From Oopsacas minuta (Eukaryota > Animalia > Porifera): DNA of 64,000 nucleotides. A model generated the notes under the pieces. That model saw nothing but the letters and a program-made list of their open reading frames with translations, did no database searches and had not been told where the DNA came from. Made by a program: the position numbers and the translations under genes. How positions within the stretch are numbered: the stretch's first letter is position 1; each line of letters begins with the position of its first letter. The stretch covers positions 124,001 to 188,000 of the forward strand of contig JAKMXF010000003.1 of assembly GCA_024704765.1 (NCBI GenBank). Direction: 5' to 3'. This document shows positions 51,133 to 61,392 of this stretch, piece after piece.

Positions 51133-54100
51133 ATGACGTCAGAAGTAAAGCTACTAAATCTCCAGAAACAAGTTGATGACTTGAAACGAAAACTCCGGGA
51201 TAGTACACAAGATAAAGTACAAGCTATCAACCGTAATAATCAGGATTGGGAGAGGAAGCTAGCTTCTCAAGTATCAATAGCTCTGAAGAGATCACAAGCA
51301 GAACACGATACACAGATAGCTTCATTGCAGGCTGATATAGATTTACGCGTAGATAGAGAAATAGCTACAGCTACTAGTGGGAAGGATGCAGAGATTAGGA
51401 AGATCAAGGATTCTATTGGTAAAAATACAGAGTAAACCTCTCCAGTGTAGTTATTCTCCATTTGTATACATAAAATCACACTTAAATTGTACAAATATGT
51501 TCCTAAACCGCCATAAGTAACAATTTTCATCGGTTATATCGAAGTAATTATCGCGGCCCCTTGAGCATCGATATAACAGGAGCAGACTATGCTAATATAC
51601 TTTATTTCTATTCTTAGATAACGACAAGGGAACTGCAGTCAAATTGGCTTGCTTCAAAACAGAAGACAAATACTCAGAAATAATTAAACAGATAGAAGGG
51701 GAGTTTAAGGCTCGAGAGGCTGCTCTAACACGCGAAATATTTCATCTCTCAGGAGATAGAGAAGAAGTCAATAACCAACTCGCATTACTCAAGCAAGCAG
51801 ACCTCGAAAAGGCCGCGATAATTAAAAATCTGAATTTCGAACATGAAAAATCCGTGAAAGAACTGATTGAAGTTAGCAAACAAGATCAATTGAAGGAATA
51901 CACAAAATTCAAAGCAATTGAAAAATACGCACAAGACAAGGAAAGCGAGGTAAAACGACTAGAAGGAAAAATCGATATTCTCAAAGTCGATAAAGAAATT
52001 CTAGAAAAACAATTGAAAAAGCGGCAATCAACTCCTGACACGTCACCCTCCGTCCCTCGTATAATGCGTTACACAGAACGTGAGAGAGAACTGACTAAGA
52101 AAATACGTGATCTTGAGGATAAGGTTAAAACACTACATCGAGGTAGTAGTAGTCTATCTAATTATTCTCTTGACACTATATCATCACCGTATAGCTATAC
52201 CGAGAGTACTGCATCTCCTACAAGGTCTATTAGCTCGGATTCTGGTGAGAAACCTAGTCAACTCAAACGGCAAGTTAAGGAACTTAAAGAACAAGTTATA
52301 ATGTTAGAAGATAAATGTTATGCTTTGCAACAAAAAAGTAATATCCCTGAAAGAGATTCGTTTACTAAAGAAAATATTGAAGTTGAATATCTGGAGCGTG
52401 AGCTACAGCTTAAAGAAAAATATCACAAAGAAATTGAAGTGTTAGAAAACGAAGTGAGAGAGTTGAGACACAAAATACGTGATTTATCTGTTAACACATC
52501 GATTTCTGGATCTACCATTGATGATATGCAAACGATAATTGATGGCTATGATGCACGTTATAAGAAATTATGTAAAGATTCCATTATGAATCAACAGGCA
52601 TATTCGTTATGGTGCGAGACTGACGCTGTTAAGAATCTAAGGAATGATTTGCAGGACAAAATTGAAGAAACGGAAGAGTTGAAATCTCAGAATAATTCGC
52701 TACAGATTAAGTGTGATAATTTTAAGGAGGAATATAGTTCTGTTCTGTCTCAGAATAATCAGCTGATCGAGGAGAGAGAAATCGCAATTTCTGAGAAAAA
52801 CGCGGTTGAGACTGAATTGAAAGTACTACAAGAAACCATGAATACTAAAGCAGAACGAATCGAGGAATTGGAAATTAATGATAGCGAACTTGTCTTTCTT
52901 AGAGAAAAGAACGAAAGTTTCAAATTAGAACAGGAAAGTTATTCTCTTATAATAGAGAAACAAAATAAAGAAATTGATTTACTAAAATCCTATGAATCTG
53001 AAGCAAACGACTGTAAAGTTCTTCAAGAAAGCTGCGAGCAGTTACGAGAGAAAATAATCCATGAACAGACCAAAGAGAAAGAGCTAATGGTAATCATACA
53101 AACTTTAGAAGATCAAAACTCTTACTTACAGAGCGAATTACAATCGAAAGACGATAAACTTTCTGACCTTACATCTGTTATATCTAATCTCACTGATAAA
53201 CTAAAAGTACAAAAAAGCTCTGAAATGAATGAGGTTAACCGTAGAGAAGGTCATGATATATTATTCTATCCCCCGATGTACAAAAATAACAGAAATAATA
53301 ATAACAATGATGACGAGATGAATTTTGAAGCGATTGAAAGCCCTATTACAACTGTACAGAAAATAGAATTGGATACAGAGTTGTATAAATCTGAAGAAGC
53401 ATATAACAGTGAAGCTCCACTGTCTCTCTCAACAGCTGATCAGTTATCAACTGACTCTACGAATAGTAGCGATGCACAAGATGAAATATTTCCTCTTTCA
53501 GCTGTTGGTGAGACAGATCAGTTGATCCCCGATCAGACCTATCTCCTAGAAGATGTGAGCATAGATGAATGGTCCCACGCGTCAGAAGAGGAGGTCATCT
53601 ATACCCCTAAACCTCCAGATGTCTCTCCAATTCCGACCCCGGACAAGGCATCAAAAAATTCCACCCCTGACCTGTTCCTTATTCGGTACAACTACGATCC
53701 TCTCGTATCCTCTCCCAACCCACATCCTGAGCAAGAGCTCTCCCTTAAAGCTGGGGATTGTGTATACATATATGGGATTCCAGATCAGGACGGATTTTAC
53801 CTAGGAGAGCTAAATGGGGGAAAGAGAGGACTGGTCCCGTCTAATTTTGTCGAGAAAATGCCCTATCCTGGGTTCCAAAACGATAGGAACCTAGATGTCC
53901 CACAAAAGAACATTCCCCCTACTCCTCCCACAGTTGAGGACAGGGGAACAGTGGGACCATTGGACCTATACACACAGGGTACCTCAGATCAGCTGCTACA
54001 CACATACACTTCAAATCTGAGTAATATTGTTGAGGAAGACGAATCACTTTTGGATAACTCAAATCTAACAAGAATTTCTGGAAACATTTCAAGTACAGAG

Positions 54101-55780
54101 TCAATTGACAGATGTCAAACTGAGGATAATTCCTCAACAGAATCACTCGATAAAATTACTGATATACAAACTCCAGTAGCTTCACCGCGACATATCCCTC
54201 AAACAGCTGATTTACGTGTCAAATACACTGACAATGACGTAGAATTATCCTGGACTGTACCTCCTAATATGCTCGACACCATACAAGGATATCATGTTTC
54301 AATTGGTAGTGAAATTACACAATATATAGAAGGAGCGAGGAACACATTTCTATCGATGAATTCTCTAGAAGATAAGCTTAATCCAGGTAGATACACACTA
54401 GTTATTTGTACAGTTACGAACTATGGATATTCTGATCCTGTAGAATGTACTATAGACACAACACTACTGAATCCTCCGTATGAATTGAGGGTAGTAGAAG
54501 ATGGAGCTTGTGTGTTAATCAGCTGGTCTTCACCTGATACATTTTCCCTGTCAAGTCCATTAGTATCATTCACAGTGTATTTGAATGATACTATATTAAC
54601 TAGTGTTGATTTCTCAGATTTCTTGGTAAGTAAGGGTGTGTCAATTCCTCGTGTTGATCTTTTGAAGTTTTACGAATCTAGCCCCGATCAACAAATGAGT
54701 CTCACTGTCAAATCATTTCTGAGTGACGGACGTTTCTCATGTCCCAGCGAAATTCTAGATCTCCCTCTGCAGTTTCTAACACGTTTTGAGTCAACTTCCG
54801 GTAGCATGACAGTTGAATCTGAATCCAGTGAAGGATGTTCCAGACATTCCACAAGCTCTGAAAGTGAAGTATTAGAAGTATTTCGTAGATCTTCTATAGA
54901 ATCTGATCAGCTGTTGAAAGCAAGACAAAACACTTCGGATGTAGTAAGCAAACCTCCTCTAGACAGACATACACAACTTATCCAATCAACGGGCTCCAAA
55001 CAGAGGCAGAGTTTCACACCAAATGAAGAGAATCTTTTCACAGAGCTAGAAGCACAAGGGGAGCCAGATTTCTCTCAGGAGATGTTTGCTCTACAACAAA
55101 ATTCAAGTCAATCTGATAGTGACGATGATAAAGCTCTGTATGCTGAGATTCCCCCTCTTGACGTCACTGTTACTTACTACGTAGCTTTATACGACTATAA
55201 TCCTGTAGACCAATCACCGAATAGAGGCGAATATCAATCTGAATTGCCTCTTAAGAAAGGCGAAGTTATAGCTATTTTCGGTGGAATTGATAATGAAGGA
55301 TTTTTCACTGGACAAGTTGACACAAAAGTTGGGTTAATTCCTTATAATTTGATTGAAAAGATTAACTTGTGCGATGTGAGCGGAGAGACAAGCTCAGCGC
55401 TTTTGTTCCAAGCAACTAAACAGGCCTTCCCCTCTCGAAATTTCACAGCTCTCTACTCCTACAATCCACGTACTGACTCTCCAAACTGTGATGATGTTGA
55501 TGACGAGCTCTCTTTCAAGAGTGGTACCTCCATCTCCATATTTGGAGATGTTCAAGACGATGGATTCTTTATTGGAGAACGAGACGGACAACTTGGATTT
55601 GTCCCTTCTAACTTCATCGAGCCTGTCGATCATATTAAACCACAAGACACCAAACAATCGACAAACGAATCAACAAATACAAAAGGCGCTACCCACCCAC
55701 AAGGCGAAATTCCTAAATCGAACAAAAATATTTTAGCTAAAACAAAAGGCATATTCAAAAGTCTTTCCAAGAAATCCTGA
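51133..55780 (+). CDS. RIMBP2: RIM-binding protein (coiled coil - SH3 - FN3 repeats - SH3 - SH3), about 1480 aa, 2 exons
   Basis: Exons 51133-51418 and 51618-55780. Three RIM-BP-type SH3 domains (RYNYDP..SPNPHPEQELSLKAGD..DGFYLGEL...GLVPSNFVE; ALYDYNP; ALYSYNP) and FN3-like segments (VELSWTVPP, VLISWSSP). Confidence 0.9.
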
Positions 55781-56285
55781 ATACACTTATGTATACACAG
55801 AACTAACACACAACCTTATCTCTTGTATATTATACTAGTTATTTGTTAATCTATCAGTTTCTATGCAAATTGACTCACTTGAACTATACCTCTACTATTT
55901 TTGGCACAAACAGTTATAGCCCATAATTATTTATAGAAGTAATTTATGTAAATGAATGAGTATCTAATCAAGTAATTTATTTGTTATAATGGTTTAATAC
56001 GAGGGGAGGGTGTCCTCGCGCTTTCATGGCCCGATTGTCTAAATTAACGGCCCTTTCTTAGTGTCCGTGCGGCCCAAAGCCCTGAACAAACTTTACAACG
56101 TTGCATACAGAAGAACCTCTCCATCAGGGGCCGTGTAACCGGGAAATTTCTGGATTTCAACCTACAAAATTAGCTTACTATTATCAAAAAATAAATTTGT
56201 GTATTATGTATGCTACTCGAATTTGTATTTTAATTCTCTCTTTTAGTTGTTATTACTTGTTTATATTATTGGCTGTTAATTTAAG

Positions 56286-57840
56286 ATGGGCTGTGGTTCT
56301 AGCTCTCAATCTGATACAACACATTCCATTCAACAAACATCAGTAACAACAACAACAACAACAACAACAAACAAACAACATGTACCTTCTCTTGACACAA
56401 CAGCACTTTTCAGACAAGATAATACTCAACCTGATATCAAACAAACTACTCATTCATCCCATAATGTTGATACAGCTATAAACGAAGATATCCAACTTAA
56501 GCGTATGAGTTTATAAATATACCTAAATCTGACATTACTTTCATGTATAACTTTTCCCACAGCTATTCAATCAGATACACAGAATACATCAAATGACATA
56601 TCTATATTCGCTAAATCAGACAGATTAGTTAAAGTGAATTCATTATACAATCTGGGTTCGATATACATATATGCTACTTCAAGAGTTGAATACCATATTT
56701 GTATAATTCAGACTCCGATATAATCGGGTATTTTGATATATCTGCCTCTAGTATAACAGGAGTGACTGTATTCACATATACACGTGGATATATACCTTGC
56801 TATATTCCTGTAGTTACAGGAAGAACACAAAACTGATATAAAGGAAGATCTACAGTTGAATGGGAATCAAATCTTAGCTCAACAATTACGAAATAAAGTT
56901 AGCTAACCCTTTAGCTCAAAATTCATATTATATATTGGACAAAATTTCTTATTTAGCAACTTGACTGTAAATCGATAAATAAGGAAAGAACTAAAAGAGA
57001 AGTGAAATCAGCAAATGAAATTAATGAATCTCAGAAACAAGAACACAAGGTTACTAGAGTAATGTATAGGTTATACATTTCATACCCTTGACATCATTAG
57101 CACCGACCCTGGGGGCAAGGGCCTCGGCGGCCCTGGATGGCAACTGAATGAATTCAATGGAATGTATGTTTCCGTGTTTTTATAGATTGAAGAGGATTTC
57201 ATTGCTCATAAACTGGTTAAAAGTAAAGAAATATCAGATACACAAAATAACAACAGAGAAAATAATGATACACATGCAAGCAGAGTTAGTATTTATGTTT
57301 AAAATTTACTTACGAGTTACGACACTTTATTTTATCAATAATATCTTCTAGACTGATGTATTAGATGATACTTATATTGACTCAGAAGAAGAACCCGTTA
57401 TATTAGAGAATGATACGTCTTATAACAGAGATACTGGTGAGTAGTTTGCATACGTTCATATAAGTACAGGTAAAACAGGTTTAACACCAGAAGTTCCCAG
57501 TTTCCACAGGCCAGTGTATGGAAGTTACACTCTACCAATATTTAAACTGTTCGTTGTTTAGGAAACATTTGGGGAGACTATTATCCATCAGAACAACCTG
57601 ATCCCTTAGATCTTGAAGCACCAGACTCGGTGATTATTATGTGATATACCATATATGGTATATGTGTATATTTATTTTAGACCTCTCTTATCAACTATTA
57701 AATCTACTTTCTATCTTTATGATAACGCATATTTGTCTGTATATATCTCTTTATGGAATTACACACCCAGTAATCTTACTAAGAATATTTTCAAAGATTA
57801 TGATGACCAGTTCCACAAGAAAATAGAGCATGTGGGGTGA
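56286..57840 (+). CDS. Unknown multi-exon protein with MGCGSS N-terminus; 3' end unresolved
   Basis: Exons 56286-56502, 56563-about 56631, about 56814-56897, about 56958-57059, about 57186-57287, about 57352-57436 and about 57562-57629 join in frame. Poly-Thr and acidic low-complexity sequence; no family recognised. Confidence 0.55.
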
Positions 57841-58157
57841 TTTCATTCCCATTTTCGCATTATTTTGCGAAGTTATCTATGAAGCCTGTTTTATTCGTTG
57901 AATTATGAAGCACTGTACTTACTACAGGGGGGCAAATGAATTGCCCCGCTGCTTACTTTTCCTTATTAGCATATACGCCGTGTACATCCACCATAGATAC
58001 GTATTAACAACCAGGCAAAATCTCAATTACCTAAACTCTAACAAACAATTTATAATATCAAATTACACTATCCAAATGTTATGCATAGGATAAGTTATTA
58101 CTTAAACTGGCTCAATCAGTCTATTCACGTATTCCTACAGACTCACCAGAAGAAGAC

Positions 58158-58805
58158 ATGAATTATAACAGAGGACCAAATGTATCGCATGCAGATGACA
58201 TGGAACAAATGCGGGGTCAGATCGACAAGAAAACTGACGAGTCTCTAGCCGCTACCCGAAGGATAAAACAGATAGCTGTCGAGACGGAGCGTACCGGTGC
58301 GGACGCACTCATCACTCTACACGAACAAGGAGAACAGCTAGACAATGTTGAAGATAATCTGGAGGACATAGGCTCTGCCATGAAGAGAACAGACAAGGAA
58401 TTGACAGAACTTGAAAAATGTTGTGGGATCTGTCGGCTACCAGGTAGTAGAGTTAAAAGCTACCAAAAATCTAAAAACTACAAACAAGCGTTCGGAGCAA
58501 AGGCGCGTAAACAGGAAATGATTAGTAGCCAACCAGGCAACTATGGTGCAACCGGGAATGTGGTAACAAAACAACCAAAAGGCCCAATAATAAACCGAGT
58601 TACAAATGACGTCAGGGAAGATGAGATGGAAGGAAATATGCAAGATGTTAACAGAATGTTGGATAACATGAAAAACATTGCGGGGGACATGGGTGATGAA
58701 TTGGACAGACAGAATGACCAACTTGGGCGTATTGAGAAGAAAATAGTAGCAAATGAGGAACATATTCGTGTGGCTAACTATAGGGTAGCAAAACAAATGA
58801 ATTAA
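58158..58805 (+). CDS. SNAP25: SNAP-25/23 family Qbc-SNARE, single coding exon
   Basis: TDESLAATRRI...LHEQGEQLDNVE, Cys cluster LEKCCGIC, and second SNARE motif REDEMEGN...MGDELDRQNDQLGRI. Confidence 0.93.
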   Translation: MNYNRGPNVSHADDMEQMRGQIDKKTDESLAATRRIKQIAVETERTGADALITLHEQGEQLDNVEDNLEDIGSAMKRTDKELTELEKCCGICRLPGSRVKSYQKSKNYKQAFGAKARKQEMISSQPGNYGATGNVVTKQPKGPIINRVTNDVREDEMEGNMQDVNRMLDNMKNIAGDMGDELDRQNDQLGRIEKKIVANEEHIRVANYRVAKQMN

Positions 58806-58997
58806 TACCTGTCTGTTTGTATATAACTATGTTGTTAGTTCTTATACGTATATGTAATTCCTACTCTATATACTGACTTTGTTATCAATATTACTTGAAT
58901 ATGAATGTTCTAATCTAAGTGTAAATAGGATATCTAATTTGGCAGACATAAATAATCGAAAAACTTGCTCTATAGTTTTCAATTTTAAGCCTTAGTG

Positions 58998-59111
58998 CAG
59001 TAGTCCCATCCTGGGGTCCATGGAACCCTTGGTGGTCTACGGACGACAGTAGGGGTCCACAGGATCTCAAAATTAGTATCTCAGTCATGGCCACTGAATT
59101 GGGAACTGCTA
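58998..59111. mobile_element. hAT-type MITE family C, degenerate
   Basis: Core CTGGGGTCCATGGAACCCTTGGTGGTCTACGGACGACAGTAGGGGTCC and end TTGGGAACTGCT. Confidence 0.65.
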
Positions 59112-59175
59112 TCCTATCCTGGACAAACAAATAAATAACATTTCTTATTACGCATTTCAATTAACTATATAAGCA

Positions 59176-59910
59176 ATGGCCGGGAATGAGAAAACATCAT
59201 TCCGTCTAAAAAAACGTTCAAAGAAGAGCGCAGTTAACGCTGTTCCCTTAGAAAAATTCGACTACTTAACTCTGCGTAAAAACACTCACTGGCTGGCTAT
59301 TATTGGCTATGTACAGCCATTATTTCGTGAACCGTTCTTATATCCACGTGGCATGGATCCTGTGGACGTTAACAAACGTATAATACTACTACAAAGTAAT
59401 AAGGAGAATGAAGGTAAACTACAGTATGTGCTTCAAGAGGAAGTTAAGCGGTTTTTAGTTGCTATAAGGGACAGTTTGAAGAATTTATCCGGTCCTGAGT
59501 TATTGAATAAAATCGCTTCAATTTGGAAATCTTTATTTGCTGTTACAATACCGTGCATGACTGCTCTATTCTCTCAATTTGAGACTAAGATGCCTGTGCA
59601 TAAGATTATAATGAATATTTTTCGTGACGTCATCTTGTTTAAGGTTAAAATCAAAGATAGTCTTGTCGATGCAAGAAAGGAAATTCAAGACGCAGAGTTT
59701 CCAGACCGGAGTTTAATACCTCGCGAAATTACACACATGTTTCTGATCTTACAAATGGAGATCGATTTCTATCCTGAGTTACAGGAAATGATTATTTTAG
59801 CCATGGATGATCAGTATGAGCCTATATGGGCCCCTGTAATCTCTATTATAGAGGAGAGATGTGATTCTCCTGAATTCTCTGAAGTTGGAGTTCAGAACAA
59901 AATTCAATAG
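59176..59910 (+). CDS. PRR5: PRR5/Protor (HbrB-like domain) mTORC2-associated protein
   Basis: ELLNKIASIWKSLFAVTIPCMTALF...IFRDVIL...IPREITHMFLILQ follows the PRR5 family pattern (recognised from memory). Confidence 0.65.
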   Translation: MAGNEKTSFRLKKRSKKSAVNAVPLEKFDYLTLRKNTHWLAIIGYVQPLFREPFLYPRGMDPVDVNKRIILLQSNKENEGKLQYVLQEEVKRFLVAIRDSLKNLSGPELLNKIASIWKSLFAVTIPCMTALFSQFETKMPVHKIIMNIFRDVILFKVKIKDSLVDARKEIQDAEFPDRSLIPREITHMFLILQMEIDFYPELQEMIILAMDDQYEPIWAPVISIIEERCDSPEFSEVGVQNKIQ

Positions 59911-60364
59911 AATATTATTTGTGAGAGTTATGAATATTATATCATTATAATATACGTAGATTCTTTGGAAATATTATTGTTATCTAATTGGTAAGTATAT
60001 AGGGGATCGACTGCACGGTTTGGATTAATCAGGGGAGGTGTTGGAACCATGCACATATATAATCTGGTGGAATATGACTCTAGGAGCAGTTCAAACGTTA
60101 CGTAACGTTACCTAGGGGTAAAACTTCTGGAATTTTGCGTGACATAACGATAGAATGACCTCTTTAGTATGTACCAATAGAAGTCCCATTGGTCGCTACA
60201 ATTCATCTTGTCGTTTTCAAGAGGTAAATTAACAAGATAAGTTCATAAGCTTGTACATAAGAGTTTTAATCCCGAAACACCTCCCCAGCTGAACATGGGA
60301 AGGGTTTGAAATACGTATACGTCTAAGTATTTTACGATTCTTATTACTTCATTAGATCTATTCT

Positions 60365-61252
60365 ATGCTCCTTCGAACATTCCGATCTACCATACCAGCA
60401 GTTAAGAGAATGTATTCTCAAATAGCAGCATATGATAAATACACTACGCTAAAGGTAACCGCCCCATCTGAATACGTATGTCATGTAGAGCTGAATAGAC
60501 CTGATAGTCTTAATTCTATGAATAAACAATTCTTCACAGATCTCCGTCAATGTTTCGAGCAAATTTCCTCTGATTCTTCTATTCGTTGTGTAATGTTATC
60601 CGGTGCAGGGAGATTCTTCACATCGGGATTAGATTTAAAAGATGCAGCATTATTGACAAGTGATCAACCCGATGTAGGTAGGAAGGGGTTGGCTCTCCTT
60701 AGGGGGAGTATAACACCATTTCAAGAGTCGATTTCATCGCTTGAGAAGTGTTCTAAGCCTGTCGTGTGTGCGATACACTCCGGCTGTGTCGGGGGTGGGG
60801 TAGACTTGGTTACAGCAGGGGATATTAGGCTCGCTACTTCTGACGCTTACTTCCAAATAAAAGAGATTGATATTGGCCTAGCAGCTGATATAGGAACGTT
60901 ACAACGATTTCAGAAAGTCATTGGTAACGACAGTATATTCCGTGAATTAGCGTACACATGTCGAAAACTGTTTGCGGATGAGGCATTCAAAATTGGTTTA
61001 ATTAGCTCAATTTTCGTTAATAAAGAAGAAATGATGAAATTTGCATTGGAAACTTGTACCATAATTGCTAGTAAAAGTCCTATAGCAATACAAACTAGTA
61101 AGAAAAGTATTAACTATTCGAGAGATCACTCGGTTAAAGAGGGGCTGGAGCATGTAGCTGCATGGAATATGACGATGTTACAATCTGAGGACCTTATTAA
61201 GGCTGTTATGGCTGCTGTCAATAAGGAAAAACCGGTATTTTCTAAGTTGTAA
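60365..61252 (+). CDS. ECH1: Delta(3,5)-Delta(2,4)-dienoyl-CoA isomerase, intronless
   Basis: HVELNRPDSLNSM, FTSGLDL, GGGVDLVTAGDIR, FQIKEIDIGLAADIGTLQR; presequence-like N-terminus and C-terminal SKL. Confidence 0.95.
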   Translation: MLLRTFRSTIPAVKRMYSQIAAYDKYTTLKVTAPSEYVCHVELNRPDSLNSMNKQFFTDLRQCFEQISSDSSIRCVMLSGAGRFFTSGLDLKDAALLTSDQPDVGRKGLALLRGSITPFQESISSLEKCSKPVVCAIHSGCVGGGVDLVTAGDIRLATSDAYFQIKEIDIGLAADIGTLQRFQKVIGNDSIFRELAYTCRKLFADEAFKIGLISSIFVNKEEMMKFALETCTIIASKSPIAIQTSKKSINYSRDHSVKEGLEHVAAWNMTMLQSEDLIKAVMAAVNKEKPVFSKL

Positions 61253-61392
61253 TTGTTTTGTATGTGATTTGCTATATAGACTAGAGTATATTGCGCATTA
61301 ATTGGTGTTTATTGTCAAATTCTTTGTTTGATTCATTACATGAACTATACTCACGCAGTTAATGCTTCCGAAATATCTAAACTAGTTGCTAG

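Noticed and set aside
56125-57136. CAGGGGCCG ... CGGCCCTG as ends of a gene-capturing hAT element
   Set aside because: The ends are short and imperfect, and there is no target site duplication.
57830-58160. Fusion of the MGCGSS gene to SNAP25 through the acceptor at 58140
   Set aside because: The nearest donor (57837) is phase 2 while the acceptor needs phase 1, and no in-frame path was found; a UTR or trans-splice acceptor is more plausible.
60365-61252. ECH1 carrying both a presequence and C-terminal SKL
   Set aside because: Dual mitochondrial/peroxisomal targeting is already known for ECH1.
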